From the IMG/VR virus record IMGVR_UViG_2698536590_000009, positions 1 to 39,350 of that record: a DNA stretch of 39,350 bases; one strand, given 5' to 3'. Below are positions 28,461-38,076 of this stretch, in pieces (the first letter of the stretch is position 1; each line of letters opens with the position of its first letter). The DNA is from a virus (Duplodnaviria > Heunggongvirae > Uroviricota > Caudoviricetes). Under the pieces are notes generated by a model, which had not been told where the DNA came from, ran no database searches, and worked only from the letters and a program-made list of their open reading frames with translations. A program made the translations under genes and the position numbers.

Positions 28461-28761
28461 GACGCATACAATTTATGTTATTTCATCCAGACTTCTGATT
28501 TCTCACAGGAAATTGCGAAAAAAAAACAACATAAAAATGAACAAATTGGGAGTACGCTAACTCCGTTGTCGCAATAAATCACAGTAAGCTCTTCAGAAAT
28601 AACAGTTCACAAGACTTACATCAACAGTAGTTTTTGTAATGATTAATGTTAACTGTAGCGTTGAAAAGAAAAGTTTTGACGAAATATGGTGAACTAACAG
28701 AGCCTAACGAATAGCCCTATTACGCCGAGCTAATAGCGCTGCCAGCTAAACTTGCATGGAA

Positions 28762-28838
28762 TGGTCCGCCACCGAGGACTCGAACCTCGCACAATCAACT
28801 TAGAAGGTTGATGCTCTATCCCGATGAGCTAGTGGCGG
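28762..28838 (-). tRNA. tRNA-Arg (anticodon UCU), phage-encoded (argN-like position in lambdoid late region)
   Basis: Manual cloverleaf with encoded CCA; anticodon loop CUUCUAA; rare-codon AGA/AGG decoder typical of lambdoid phage tRNA islands. Confidence 0.8.
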
Positions 28839-28840
28839 AA

Positions 28841-28916
28841 TGGTGGCCCTTGCTGGATTTGAACCAGCGACCTGGCGATTATGAGTCGCTCGCTCTCACC
28901 ACTGAGCTAAAGGGCC
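28841..28916 (-). tRNA. tRNA with CAU anticodon, closely resembling E. coli tRNA-Ile2 (ileX-type, lysidine-dependent); ileZ-like phage tRNA
   Basis: Manual cloverleaf with encoded CCA; strong resemblance to remembered ileX sequence; Met identity cannot be excluded from sequence alone. Confidence 0.8.
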
Positions 28917-29056
28917 GATTGAAAAATATTGACTGAATCAGTTTAGCGCTGTAATCCACCCAACACAACCGTTTAAATCTTGTATGTCAGCTACAATCAA
29001 GTAAAAATATCTGAACAACAAGCAGAAAAGTCTATATCCCGGTTACTCATAATGTT

Positions 29057-29770
29057 TTAGCGCACTTTGACTATATTAATTTCAAATTCATCTGTATGTG
29101 CGCTATTAAGTATAACGAAATTCGTACTACCGTGCCTGTACGATTTTGATAAAACCAAGCGATCACCATAGCGAGCAAGAACGTAATACCAAACGCTCTC
29201 ATAGTGAAGTGTCTGATACTCCTTCTTAAACTGAGGTTTGTACCATCCAGCAATAAGCGAAAACAACCAGAAATAGAGCATGAATCCGGCCATAACACAC
29301 TCAATCTTGTGATGCCGAATAAAAGACACTTCAGAAATACATTTAACGTAAATAAACTTCCTGCCCGTTCTGACGAACATGGTAATTATTAATGCCACAA
29401 TAGCGCATAAAACCAATGCATCTGGTACAAAGTGCTGATGAATTACCGAAAACTCCAGAGCCGGAGGAACAAAAAGCAACAATATCGCAAGAAAAAGCCT
29501 GACAGCACTCAAATCCTTCATATTATTTTTTTGTTTGATCCCCAGAAAGAAGACAATACCGATCCCCCATCCAGCCAAGAATATAACGATAACTGTGACA
29601 GCATAAAACAGGCTTCTGGCCACATCATCAACACCGGCCCCGACAACCCACCATGGAAAGCCATAGTAAAAGGAAGTACCCCAGCCATAGAAATAAGCAC
29701 TTCCCCACCCAAGACACCCCATGTAAGCAACAAAAAGTGAAGAATTCCTGAGCAGAGTACTGTCACTCAT
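29057..29770 (-). CDS. Polytopic inner-membrane protein of unknown function (accessory/moron gene between Q terminator and tRNA island)
   Basis: About 237 aa, 4-5 hydrophobic helices then a short soluble C-terminus; strongly AT-rich; ATG 29770 with GAGG SD. Confidence 0.55.
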   Translation of the reverse strand: MSDSTLLRNSSLFVAYMGCLGWGSAYFYGWGTSFYYGFPWWVVGAGVDDVARSLFYAVTVIVIFLAGWGIGIVFFLGIKQKNNMKDLSAVRLFLAILLLFVPPALEFSVIHQHFVPDALVLCAIVALIITMFVRTGRKFIYVKCISEVSFIRHHKIECVMAGFMLYFWLFSLIAGWYKPQFKKEYQTLHYESVWYYVLARYGDRLVLSKSYRHGSTNFVILNSAHTDEFEINIVKVR

Positions 29771-30109
29771 AATCATCCTCTAACAACTTAACAACATTAA
29801 CTCGCTTTACATAACAAAGAAAATTCCATGTAGTCAAGAGGGTTCAGGAAAGGAGAAACTAAAATTGCATAGCCATCATAAAGTTTAACGTACCAACCTG
29901 CTTTTTCAGGTATAAAAAAACCAACCTCAAGGAAAGGCTGGCATAAGAAAAGTAAATAATGATTCCACTAAAACTTCGTCGCAGGAGGAATCCTGTGCCG
30001 CTTAACATACATAAAATTTAGACAACTAACAATCACAATATAAAATATTTAAGATTTCGTTATCAAAATACCAGTCAGTAGAGCGCCAGCTCTCCCGTAG
30101 ATGGTTAAA

Positions 30110-30138
30110 CATAACAACAAAACCCGCTCAATGGCGGG
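30110..30138 (-). terminator. Candidate tR'-type terminator downstream of Q (CCCGC-TCAATG-GCGGG + U-rich tract)
   Basis: Hairpin about 86 nt after Q stop, position analogous to lambda tR'. Confidence 0.45.
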
Positions 30139-30223
30139 TTCTGGTGAAGTTCATGCGATTAATTCGCCACGCGATACAGCTTTGCGAAGCGTATCGGAAT
30201 TGAAGCAGTTTATGCGTAAGAAA
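30139..30223 (-). promoter_or_regulatory. Probable late promoter / Q-utilisation region (PR'-like)
   Basis: Positional inference only (between Q stop and terminator); no confident -35/-10 assignment. Confidence 0.25.
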
Positions 30224-30766
30224 TCAAGCCATTTTTTGAGCAAATGATTCTCGCATGGGAATGTATAGCGCACACTCAGCAACAGCCAACCAATTAGCAA
30301 TTCGCTTTTCGCATGTGCTAAAACAACACTCTGGATACTGTTCGTTTAGTAACCCGGCCATCCTTCTCTTACTCATTCCTCGCCCCTCATACCGTTGTCG
30401 GAGGATGCTAATCAATCCCGGATGTTCTGCCAGCACCTCACTTATAACCCGATCAATACATAACGCCTCTGCATCAGTACAATGCGCCAGCCAGCTCTTT
30501 TGCTTACCATTGATCATCTCTCGCAAAAACGCTTCCAGCTCAGGTTTCTCTATTCCCGCTTTTTTCATTCTGCGCAGGGCTTCATTGATGGCTGTTTTCG
30601 TCAATTTTTTGGATGCCAACAACTGATTGAACATATTTCCTGACCTGCCACCACCAATATATGACCAGCGCCCCCACATACGTAGTTTTCCCTGAATCCA
30701 GACACTTTCCAGCGTAGTGAGACGAAGGTGTTCTCCGCTTTTTCCTGTATTCGTTGGGTAAATCAT
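30224..30766 (-). CDS. Late-gene antitermination protein Q-like
   Basis: 180 aa; position immediately upstream of late promoter/terminator; RMWGRW segment resembles the RWGAW segment of Q family proteins (recollection). Confidence 0.5.
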   Translation of the reverse strand: MIYPTNTGKSGEHLRLTTLESVWIQGKLRMWGRWSYIGGGRSGNMFNQLLASKKLTKTAINEALRRMKKAGIEKPELEAFLREMINGKQKSWLAHCTDAEALCIDRVISEVLAEHPGLISILRQRYEGRGMSKRRMAGLLNEQYPECCFSTCEKRIANWLAVAECALYIPMRESFAQKMA

Positions 30767-31053
30767 AAATATCCCTCCTTTCTCCAGATTTCTTGTGTGC
30801 GAAAAACACCTTCTGCATGCATCAGGCGTAATTCTTCTTTGGTGTAATCACTGGTTTTTACCCGCCCGTCGATTAAATCGTGGCACGATCTACAGGCAAT
30901 CGCTGCCTGCATATCGTGTGGTTTTGCCGCTGTTCCGCACGTCCCCGCCAGTCGGTAATGCGCCAGCACAGAAGTTTCGGGATTGTGATTGCAGTAGCCA
31001 GGAATTCTGACGGTGCACATCTGCCCCCGCGCCGCTTTACGTAAATCCACCAT
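30763..31053 (-). CDS. Cys-rich nin-region protein (YbcO/DUF1364-like, putative nuclease)
   Basis: 96 aa with C..C...C..C..H pattern; location just upstream of Q as in DLP12. Confidence 0.45.
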   Translation of the reverse strand: MVDLRKAARGQMCTVRIPGYCNHNPETSVLAHYRLAGTCGTAAKPHDMQAAIACRSCHDLIDGRVKTSDYTKEELRLMHAEGVFRTQEIWRKEGYL

Positions 31054-31664
31054 TACGCAAACTCCAGTAACTGTGCGACCACATTTTCGACTTCCTCCGG
31101 AGAGGAAAATTTACGGAACAGGATCCAGTTCCACAGCACATTCAGTACAGATTTATAAACCTGCTGAAACTCGGTTTCGTCCATATTCGCAAAAGCGATG
31201 GATTTCGCCCGGCGTCCACGGCTACCGTCCGGATAAAAATGCTCGGTGTAAAATCCGGCCTGAATGGTTATCCATTCGCGAAAAGCGTCAAATGACTTGA
31301 GTAAGGCCGTATCCCGGGTTCTGCGAGTCGCAACGGTGTTAAGGTATTGCTCTGCAGCATCACTAAGGGCTGGCGTATGTTCCCGACCTACTGATTCGCA
31401 CAGGAAATCAACGAAACCGGACACCAGTTCTCGTTCGCGAGGCGTGATCACCCCACCGACCGGAGTCCAGTAATCGAATCCCAGTTGCAGGAGTTTGAAA
31501 AAACGCTTGTGGAATGAGTAGTTACGCACACGCTTAAAGTCTGCGTGTATCCACTCACCTATTTTGATTTGATGCAAAAAATCGCAACTCTCCGGCGTCG
31601 CCGGGAGAAGTAATCCGGAAGAGGTTTGTTTGACCAGTTGTATATGCGCCATTGCTGTCTCCAA
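31053..31664 (-). CDS. nin-region protein (DUF1367-like)
   Basis: 203-aa ORF; positional and general resemblance. Confidence 0.4.
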   Translation of the reverse strand: METAMAHIQLVKQTSSGLLLPATPESCDFLHQIKIGEWIHADFKRVRNYSFHKRFFKLLQLGFDYWTPVGGVITPRERELVSGFVDFLCESVGREHTPALSDAAEQYLNTVATRRTRDTALLKSFDAFREWITIQAGFYTEHFYPDGSRGRRAKSIAFANMDETEFQQVYKSVLNVLWNWILFRKFSSPEEVENVVAQLLEFA

Positions 31665-31711
31665 TGGCGCTGTAGGTTGCCAGTTGTTCAGGCTGGCTTA
31701 CGAATTATAAC

Positions 31712-31885
31712 TCATTCCCGAATCACCTTGAAACCGAGCCTTTCAAGATATTCAATGAATGCCTCGATAGATAAAATTACATGATTATCAGGGATTAACG
31801 TTGCGTAGATAACTTCCCCATTCTCAACGCGCACAGCAAAGAGGCCATTTTCACTAAAAATTTCACGTAATTCTTCAATTTTCAT
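31712..31885 (-). CDS. Small hypothetical protein (57 aa)
   Basis: Below track threshold; manual translation MKIEELREIFSENGLFAVRVENGEVIYATLIPDNHVILSIEAFIEYLERLGFKVIRE; GGAAGG SD 9 nt upstream. Confidence 0.3.
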   Translation of the reverse strand: MKIEELREIFSENGLFAVRVENGEVIYATLIPDNHVILSIEAFIEYLERLGFKVIRE

Positions 31886-32002
31886 CAACAGAATCCTTCC
31901 AGATAAATAGCACCCCCCTGTTCGGGGTCCATCCCTCTTCTCCCTGCGCGCTACTTAAGTATTTTTGATTCTATTCCGGCATCGTCCATAACTTCAAACG
32001 TA

Positions 32003-32036
32003 TTGAAAATAAAAACAAAAACCCGCCGAAGCGGGT
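32003..32036 (-). terminator. Rho-independent terminator downstream of hok (ACCCGC-TTCG-GCGGGT + U-rich tract)
   Basis: Seen in sequence. Confidence 0.5.
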
Positions 32037-32105
32037 TAAGTGCGGGTGCGTTGAAGATGCCTGACACATCATAGGCGGCGAGGGATTTCTCCCTCGCCTG
32101 GTCTC

Positions 32106-32261
32106 TTACTCCTCAGGTTCGTAAGCTGTGAAGACAGCGACCTCCGTCTGGCCGGTTCGGATTCGTACCTCGCAGAGGTCTTTCCTCGTTACCAGTGCCG
32201 TCACTATGACGGTTAAACAGATGACGATCAGGGCGATTAACATCGCCTTTTGCTGCTTCAT
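32106..32261 (-). CDS. hok: Hok/Gef-family type I toxin (HokD/RelF-like, 51 aa)
   Basis: MKQQKAMLIALIVICLTVIVTALVTRKDLCEVRIRTGQTEVAVFTAYEPEE matches remembered HokD sequence; track ORF extends in-frame to 32318. Confidence 0.85.
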   Translation of the reverse strand: MKQQKAMLIALIVICLTVIVTALVTRKDLCEVRIRTGQTEVAVFTAYEPEE

Positions 32262-32551
32262 AGCCTGCTTCTCCTTGCCTTTCGGCACGTAAGAGGCTAA
32301 CCTACATTTGTGAGACATAGATTGGGCCTCAGATTAATGTTAAGCGTCTTGCAGGACGCGTAATGTTAACTGGGGCTTTTCTCTATCTGCCTTTGGTGTT
32401 CATGCCCGAGGCAGATAGCCTCAAGCACCCGCAGCAATTCTACTTAACTCTCCTTTTCCCGCAAACCGTTTTTATCCCCAGCGGCAAATCGAATACACCA
32501 CCAGCGCCACCGCCATCGCAATTCCTACCGTGGTGAATGCCTCAGGCCGGG

Positions 32552-33256
32552 TCATTGATTCACCTCCTGCGGCGGTTCTGGTAGCGGCATCCAGTGAGTT
32601 GAGCTCTCTACTTCGACGCCGTCTTTGTCTACAAAAGCCATCTTATTCCCGCCACGAGTGGGGCAAAAAACCTTATCCCAGGAACCGGGGAATACATTCC
32701 CGAGATCATCGAGAAGAATCACATCGCAATATTCAGCAGGAACTGCATCACTACAGCTTATCCAGCCAGCCGGAGTTCCCGGAGAGCTGGTTGACGTTTC
32801 CGAGATTTCCCGAAAATTGTTGGTTGACGAATTCTTACTTTCCCGAAAGTTTTCGGCCTGAAGCATGGCGACACGGCAGGCGTTCCAGCCATCAGCATAT
32901 GTTTCAGTTACACCGTCGAGATGGCAGGTAAGCAAATCCATTTCATCAGGCACTACCATCGCTGGCGGCGCTGCGTAAAGCGGTGTTATTTCTGCCCGAA
33001 AATCACCTACTTTATGCAGTCGCACCCACCGTTCGATTTCTGCTTTGTCAGAATTCATAAGGGTGAACGTATTACATTCATGGTTAATTTGCGTGAAGGT
33101 TGCCTTCCACGCCACCGGCTCTGCTTCCAGTGATGCCAGTGCAATTTTGAATAACTCGCCCTCTACCTGCGCCATCCCTGAATTTGAGTGGCATTTCGCA
33201 ATCGCTATTTTTAATTTGGCTTCTTCGATTAATTGCTCTTTGGTTAATTCAGTCAT
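32552..33256 (-). CDS. DUF551-like phage protein
   Basis: C-terminal GWIS...HWMPLPEPP resembles DUF551 signature common in lambdoid nin regions. Confidence 0.45.
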   Translation of the reverse strand: MTELTKEQLIEEAKLKIAIAKCHSNSGMAQVEGELFKIALASLEAEPVAWKATFTQINHECNTFTLMNSDKAEIERWVRLHKVGDFRAEITPLYAAPPAMVVPDEMDLLTCHLDGVTETYADGWNACRVAMLQAENFRESKNSSTNNFREISETSTSSPGTPAGWISCSDAVPAEYCDVILLDDLGNVFPGSWDKVFCPTRGGNKMAFVDKDGVEVESSTHWMPLPEPPQEVNQ

Positions 33257-33386
33257 TTTTCATTACCGCCCTTTCAGGCGGCCTCCTGATGTTCTGAGGG
33301 TGCAGAAATCCCTCCGGTTAAGGATTTAATAAAATTCACTTCTGATTTAAATTTTCAGTATTTTGTTGTCAGGTGGTTTATCGCCT

Positions 33387-33698
33387 TTATGCTTCAGTCT
33401 TATTTCTCAGCCATACACAAACAGGACCATCTTCAGTGTCATGAATGGAACCAATGAACCAGCCTTCACCTTCCGGGCGCTCCGGTTTCCAAGAGGCAAT
33501 ATCGGGACCATCTGCGTCCAGATTAAAATCATCTTCATCCATAGTTCTGATGGTCCATTGAAGATTATTTTCCTCCATCCATGCGTTAAACTCTTCCGTT
33601 GAAATATGTTCTCTACCATCACAGAATTTTTCATATTCAGGATGCGTCCAGCAGCCATATTCATCACGTACTACTGGTATTTCTTTAATTTCATTCAT
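33387..33698 (-). CDS. Hypothetical acidic phage protein
   Basis: Track ORF, 103 aa. Confidence 0.35.
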   Translation of the reverse strand: MNEIKEIPVVRDEYGCWTHPEYEKFCDGREHISTEEFNAWMEENNLQWTIRTMDEDDFNLDADGPDIASWKPERPEGEGWFIGSIHDTEDGPVCVWLRNKTEA

Positions 33699-33945
33699 TT
33701 CTGTTCTCCCACGTTTTCAGACTTTCACCACAGAACGGACAAAATGAAACCCGCACTGGTAATTTAGAAAATTCACCGGAACGCAACATCACCAAATCAT
33801 GGTCGCGAGTTAAATTCTCATTCCAGATTTTGTATATCAGCAGACCTTTTCGCGTCGTGTATTCAGCATCATGCTCAAGGGCTTTTGCCAGTACCGCACA
33901 TGGTTCTATCTGATTGCTATTAACCTGACATTTTGATTCGCTCAC
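33691..33945 (-). CDS. Small Cys-containing protein (possible zinc ribbon)
   Basis: 84 aa with C..C and CPFC motifs; overlapping starts/stops with neighbours. Confidence 0.35.
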   Translation of the reverse strand: MSESKCQVNSNQIEPCAVLAKALEHDAEYTTRKGLLIYKIWNENLTRDHDLVMLRSGEFSKLPVRVSFCPFCGESLKTWENRNE

Positions 33946-34379
33946 AGCATCACCTCCTGAAATTCCCCCTGATAAAACGCCAGCACTCGCTGCATAACCT
34001 CACTCTTCCGGCACTCGCGACAGATTATGTTCTGACGCCTGTCGTAGCGGCGTATTTCTCCGTCAGGTAATGACCTGATAAGGTCCGGATCAACCACAGC
34101 CGTTTTCTTCACCTTTGCCCTCGATAGTTTTTTGCGGGCGTTTTGCCAGTCCTTACGAGCCTGTTCAGAGGGAAATAGCCCGTAGCCGGAGTTATATACA
34201 TCGCCACTGGCAACCAGCTCTCTGGCGAGAACGCTCATTAAATATCTTGTCGCACCTGTCTTAGCTTCAAGTTGTCGTAACGTCTCGCGCCCATTCTGGC
34301 GCACGAGTTCAACAACCTGCCCCTTAATTTTTTCCCGCTCTTCTTGTGTAAATACTTTTGCCATAAGCGCCTCCGGCAA
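33942..34379 (-). CDS. Hypothetical phage protein
   Basis: 145-aa ORF, basic, Cys pair near C-terminus. Confidence 0.35.
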   Translation of the reverse strand: MPEALMAKVFTQEEREKIKGQVVELVRQNGRETLRQLEAKTGATRYLMSVLARELVASGDVYNSGYGLFPSEQARKDWQNARKKLSRAKVKKTAVVDPDLIRSLPDGEIRRYDRRQNIICRECRKSEVMQRVLAFYQGEFQEVML

Positions 34380-35141
34380 TCACTTTTCCGATACAACACA
34401 GCGGGAAGAATCAGTAATCTGGCGAACAATATCCCGGTGCTTGTTCAACTCCCGCAGCGCGGCGCAGACACGCTCCCACTTCTGGACATGGCTTTTCGCC
34501 CGACGCAGTTTGCGGTTTGCCAGATGCAGCGATGGCAAAATCAAATCATCCGCCCGCGTTTCGGTAAACGATGGCAACGACTGCACAATGTCCGCTACAG
34601 TATCTGTTTTAATTTCTTCCTGTGTTGCAGCCTCCTGTACTGGTAACGCAACACCTGCGGGCTGAGGAAAAGCCTTACCATCAGTTTCCGCTACCGATGC
34701 TGCTTTCGGCTCTGCTGGTAAATTATCGCCCGGTATGCAGTAACGAAATTTACCGCCCTGATTTACGCGAATCAGACGACCTTTGCTGATTGCCATTGCC
34801 AGCGTTGAAGCCACTTTGCGTGATGTGGTACCAAACAATGTAGCCAGTTCATCCGCCGTTTGTGGTCCGCGTTGTTCAATCGTCGCGGTTAAATCGCACT
34901 CTGAGATTTTCGCTACTGTCGCCGTGCTGGTTTCTTCCGGCTGTTCTTCTGGCGCTGGCTGTTCCTGCTGAACGTTGTTATCAGCCACACGCCAGGTGTA
35001 TGCGCTTTTATCAACGAAGCCAGCCTTTTTCAGTTCCCACAGCTCGTTCAGTACTTCTTCACGACTGATATCAAGTCGCGCAGCCAGCTCTACCGACGTG
35101 GCTTTTCCCATCGCTTTCAGTGCGTCAAAAACAGTCTCCAT
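34380..35141 (-). CDS. Putative DNA-binding protein with repeated winged-helix-like segments
   Basis: 253 aa; two segments resembling wHTH ([17 protein letters not shown]..., [16 protein letters not shown]...). Confidence 0.4.
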   Translation of the reverse strand: METVFDALKAMGKATSVELAARLDISREEVLNELWELKKAGFVDKSAYTWRVADNNVQQEQPAPEEQPEETSTATVAKISECDLTATIEQRGPQTADELATLFGTTSRKVASTLAMAISKGRLIRVNQGGKFRYCIPGDNLPAEPKAASVAETDGKAFPQPAGVALPVQEAATQEEIKTDTVADIVQSLPSFTETRADDLILPSLHLANRKLRRAKSHVQKWERVCAALRELNKHRDIVRQITDSSRCVVSEK

Positions 35142-35161
35142 AAATTTCCTCCCGGTAAAAA

Positions 35162-35908
35162 TTACTTTTCAATACCTGGCTGACCAACATTCGGGCGCCA
35201 GCTCTCCCAGTTAAAATTCACCCAGCGCCCGCCGTTCATGGTCATGCGATCCATAATCCGCTCGCCGAGCAATGTTTTCATGGCCTCATAGTTCAGGTTT
35301 GTCAGCATTCCCACGCTACGCATCGACGCTGTCCGTCGATCAATAATCTGGTGCAGTACCACCTGCTCGTTTTTCGTCTCGCGCTGAATGCCAATTTCAT
35401 CAAGAACCAGCAGATCCACTTCGCACAGTTCCCGCAAAAATTTTTCGCCTGACTGCCCGTCGTCATAGCTGGCGTGCAGGGCGCTCATAACATCAGCCAC
35501 GGTAACCACAATCACTGTCTGACCGTCTTTCAGCAGGCGATTCCCGATAGCTGCCGCTAAGTGATTCTTCCCGGTACCAGGTTTTCCGCTGAACGCAAAA
35601 TTTGTACACCCGGTCATCAGTTCATCGGCGATGGATTTCGCCTGGCTTAACGCGTATCGCTGGCCGTCGTTCTGCACCTGGTAATTCGCAAACGAGCATT
35701 TACGGTGCAACGGCTGGATGCCTGAGCGATTCAGAATTTTTTCCACCCGCAACTGGCGATTCAGGCGGTTGATCTCCTCGCTACGTTTCTGGCCTTCAGC
35801 AAGTTGCCACTCGCGCCACTCCGCAACCGTTCTGAATGGGGCGGTTACATGTGGTGGGGTCAGTCTGCGGATACGCTCCAGAACGCCTCCTGTCGCAATA
35901 TTTTTCAT
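35162..35908 (-). CDS. DnaC-like helicase loader (IstB-type AAA+ ATPase, lambda P functional analogue)
   Basis: Walker [16 protein letters not shown] and Walker B LLVLDEIG. Confidence 0.8.
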   Translation of the reverse strand: MKNIATGGVLERIRRLTPPHVTAPFRTVAEWREWQLAEGQKRSEEINRLNRQLRVEKILNRSGIQPLHRKCSFANYQVQNDGQRYALSQAKSIADELMTGCTNFAFSGKPGTGKNHLAAAIGNRLLKDGQTVIVVTVADVMSALHASYDDGQSGEKFLRELCEVDLLVLDEIGIQRETKNEQVVLHQIIDRRTASMRSVGMLTNLNYEAMKTLLGERIMDRMTMNGGRWVNFNWESWRPNVGQPGIEK

Positions 35909-35914
35909 GGTCTG

Positions 35915-36703
35915 TTACCCCCTGAAGCCTGGCGGGATCGCACTGTCCGGCAACGAGACGGTGTTAACCTGTCGGAGCAACGTCTCAGGCCGAACACCTT
36001 TCGGCGCGAACAGGCCCTGGTATTCATTGGCGATGCTGTGTCGAATCACCTGCTCAGGTGTAAACCCCTGCTGACGGAATTTTTCCAGTTCCCGTATCGC
36101 CCCGTTAGCGCCCTGCTCCGTTCGAATCGGTTTTCGCAATGCCTGTCTGAACCGGACCCACTCATGCCAGAGTGTTTCCGGCAACCAATCGGGCAGCTCA
36201 ATAGCCTCCGGCTCGAATTTTTTAGACGCTCGTTTTTGGCGAGGGGGATTTAGGGGGAGATCAGTATTTAGATCTTCCTCTTCCTCTTCCTCTGGTAGCG
36301 CTTTTTGATCCGTTTGTGTAACGCCGGCAGCGTTACCTTTTCGTTTCAGTTCACGTATTTTTGTAACTCGCTCGTTTGTAACCGCCCGTTTTTTAGAGCT
36401 TTTTCCGTTATGGCGTTCAAAGTTAGGTAGAGAAAGCCCAACGTCATTTTCGACCAGCCATCCAACCTGAATTAACGCATCAGCAAAACCAGCCATAAAA
36501 GTGATGCGATCTATTGCACTTTTTGTAACGCCGCGAGCGTTACAATCTGCATTACCGTCTATCATTTGTTGATCCGCCCATGCCCAGAAGCGAATAACCT
36601 TCCCTAATGCGGCATCTGGATCAATATTCAGAATCTCAGCAAGCCTGAATATTTCCGGCTTATCCGGCGTAATAACCTCGAGCTTTATCCAGTTTGAAGC
36701 CAT
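35915..36703 (-). CDS. Replication initiation protein (O-like / YdaU-like)
   Basis: Position directly upstream of DnaC-like gene; acidic linker EEEEEE. Confidence 0.45.
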   Translation of the reverse strand: MASNWIKLEVITPDKPEIFRLAEILNIDPDAALGKVIRFWAWADQQMIDGNADCNARGVTKSAIDRITFMAGFADALIQVGWLVENDVGLSLPNFERHNGKSSKKRAVTNERVTKIRELKRKGNAAGVTQTDQKALPEEEEEEDLNTDLPLNPPRQKRASKKFEPEAIELPDWLPETLWHEWVRFRQALRKPIRTEQGANGAIRELEKFRQQGFTPEQVIRHSIANEYQGLFAPKGVRPETLLRQVNTVSLPDSAIPPGFRG

Positions 36704-36780
36704 TTGTTTTCACCTTGTAACGCTCGCAGCGTTACATTTAACTGATACCGAACAAAACAATCCGGCACGATTAATTTCAA

Positions 36781-37203
36781 TCAATGCACTACGACAGAAT
36801 CACCGGGCGACCCACCACCGCTGAAATGTGCTTTCCGGTAAACGGCCTGGACTGCATCATCATGCGCATCAATTGCCGTACTCAACGCTTCCTGCGCCGC
36901 CAGTAATGCACGGCGTTCCAGGGTATCGAAGATGCAGAGTCGGTGACGCAGCTCGCGCGGAAGAATTGCCAGAACCGCAGGGATCAGTGTCTGAATTTTT
37001 TCCCTTTGCGCTTTCGTTTCACCTTTTAACCAACGGTGATAGATGTTCTGCTGATTATTCCAGTCCTTGCCTGGTACCAGGGGCAATTCGCCGCCCCCCT
37101 GGCGCAGATATTCTTCAGTAATTGCATTGGCTACCCATGCCTGCCCTTTTTCAGCGGCCAGGGCTAACAGCACTGATTCGATGTGCTCATGCCTGATTTT
37201 CAT
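36781..37203 (-). CDS. ydaT: YdaT-like protein (CII-position regulator/toxin of Rac-type immunity region)
   Basis: 140 aa; sequence closely resembles remembered Rac prophage YdaT. Confidence 0.65.
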   Translation of the reverse strand: MKIRHEHIESVLLALAAEKGQAWVANAITEEYLRQGGGELPLVPGKDWNNQQNIYHRWLKGETKAQREKIQTLIPAVLAILPRELRHRLCIFDTLERRALLAAQEALSTAIDAHDDAVQAVYRKAHFSGGGSPGDSVVVH

Positions 37204-37462
37204 GAATCAACTCCTGTGCATTTTGTGTGTTAGCCTTACATCCAACAGGTAAACCATCGGTCGGATTCGGGTAGATATCAGGCCGGAGTTCATGAGGTGT
37301 AACCTCGAAATTCGTAGCCTCTGCGATACGCAATACCTTTTCAGGGCTTAACTGACTACGTCCAGTAGCAACGAGGCTAATCATTGATTGCGAACAACCA
37401 GCCAGCGCGGCCAAACAAGACTGTCGTACACGATTTTTTTTCAAATATTCATCTAATGTCAT
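37187..37462 (-). CDS. Cro-like HTH regulator (YdaS family)
   Basis: ATG 37462 with GGTGA SD; HTH-like segment; divergent from repressor gene. Confidence 0.55.
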   Translation of the reverse strand: MTLDEYLKKNRVRQSCLAALAGCSQSMISLVATGRSQLSPEKVLRIAEATNFEVTPHELRPDIYPNPTDGLPVGCKANTQNAQELIHENQA

Positions 37463-37566
37463 AAGGGTCACCTTAGTAATGTTCGCCAAAATATTAACTA
37501 TACTAATTTAAATGATCAATACTTATATCAGTTTGAGATTATGAGCTGTGTTCATAAGATGGTGGT
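37463..37566. promoter_or_regulatory. Divergent immunity promoter/operator region: PR-like (minus; -35 TTGATC at 37519..37514, 17 bp, -10 TAATAT at 37496..37491) and repressor promoter (plus; -35 TTGAGA at 37533-37538, -10 TAAGAT at 37555-37560)
   Basis: Motifs read from sequence; the plus promoter would start transcription at or near the repressor ATG (leaderless, as lambda PRM). Confidence 0.4.
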
Positions 37567-38031
37567 ATGAGAAGAAAACGCGAAGAAATCGCATCGCCAG
37601 AAGCTACGCAGCGTCTACGCGGAATCTGGGATGCAAAAAAAAGAGAGCTCAAATTGACTCAGGAGCTTGCTGCCGAGCTAATGGGCTTTGAGACGCAATC
37701 TACGGTTAGCCACTATCTCAACGGAAAGGCTCCACTTAACACTGATGCGGCATTAAAATTCGCAGTATTGCTAAGAGTTAAGCCTGAAGACTTGAGGCCT
37801 GATTTAGCTGATCTGATGAATTACGTCCGTTCCTCTGGAACTTATGACGAAAGTTTCGAAGGCGAAGGGTGGCGGATGGTTAACAAGCAACAAGCTGATT
37901 TACTGGATCTTTTTGATATCCTCCCCGAATCAGAAAAAGCAAAACTAATCGAAAGGCTTAAAGGCCAGAATGAACTCTACAAAGAAGCGTTTGAAAATAT
38001 GCTGGCAGCTCAGAAACGCATAAAGAAATAG
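37567..38031 (+). CDS. Prophage repressor, HTH-XRE type without peptidase domain (DicA/RacR-like)
   Basis: HTH segment LTQELAAELMGFETQSTVSHYLNG; C-terminal LLDLFDILPESEKAKL resembles DicA. Confidence 0.65.
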   Translation: MRRKREEIASPEATQRLRGIWDAKKRELKLTQELAAELMGFETQSTVSHYLNGKAPLNTDAALKFAVLLRVKPEDLRPDLADLMNYVRSSGTYDESFEGEGWRMVNKQQADLLDLFDILPESEKAKLIERLKGQNELYKEAFENMLAAQKRIKK

Positions 38032-38053
38032 CCCCCACTACCTCGTAACTAAA

Positions 38054-38076
38054 CCGCCATCCCTGGCGGTTTTTTT
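38054..38076 (+). terminator. Rho-independent terminator after repressor gene (CCGCCA-TCCC-TGGCGG + T7)
   Basis: Seen in sequence. Confidence 0.6.

Noticed and set aside
28917-29056. Shiga toxin or other known toxin cargo at the Q-tRNA locus
   Set aside because: No ORFs resembling stxA/stxB; the slot contains only the membrane protein gene, tRNAs and terminator repeats
32106-32318. 70-codon in-frame N-terminally extended version of hok (mok-like ORF)
   Set aside because: The toxin-length product starts at ATG 32261; the upstream extension is more likely incidental leader sequence, and canonical mok is a separate overlapping frame
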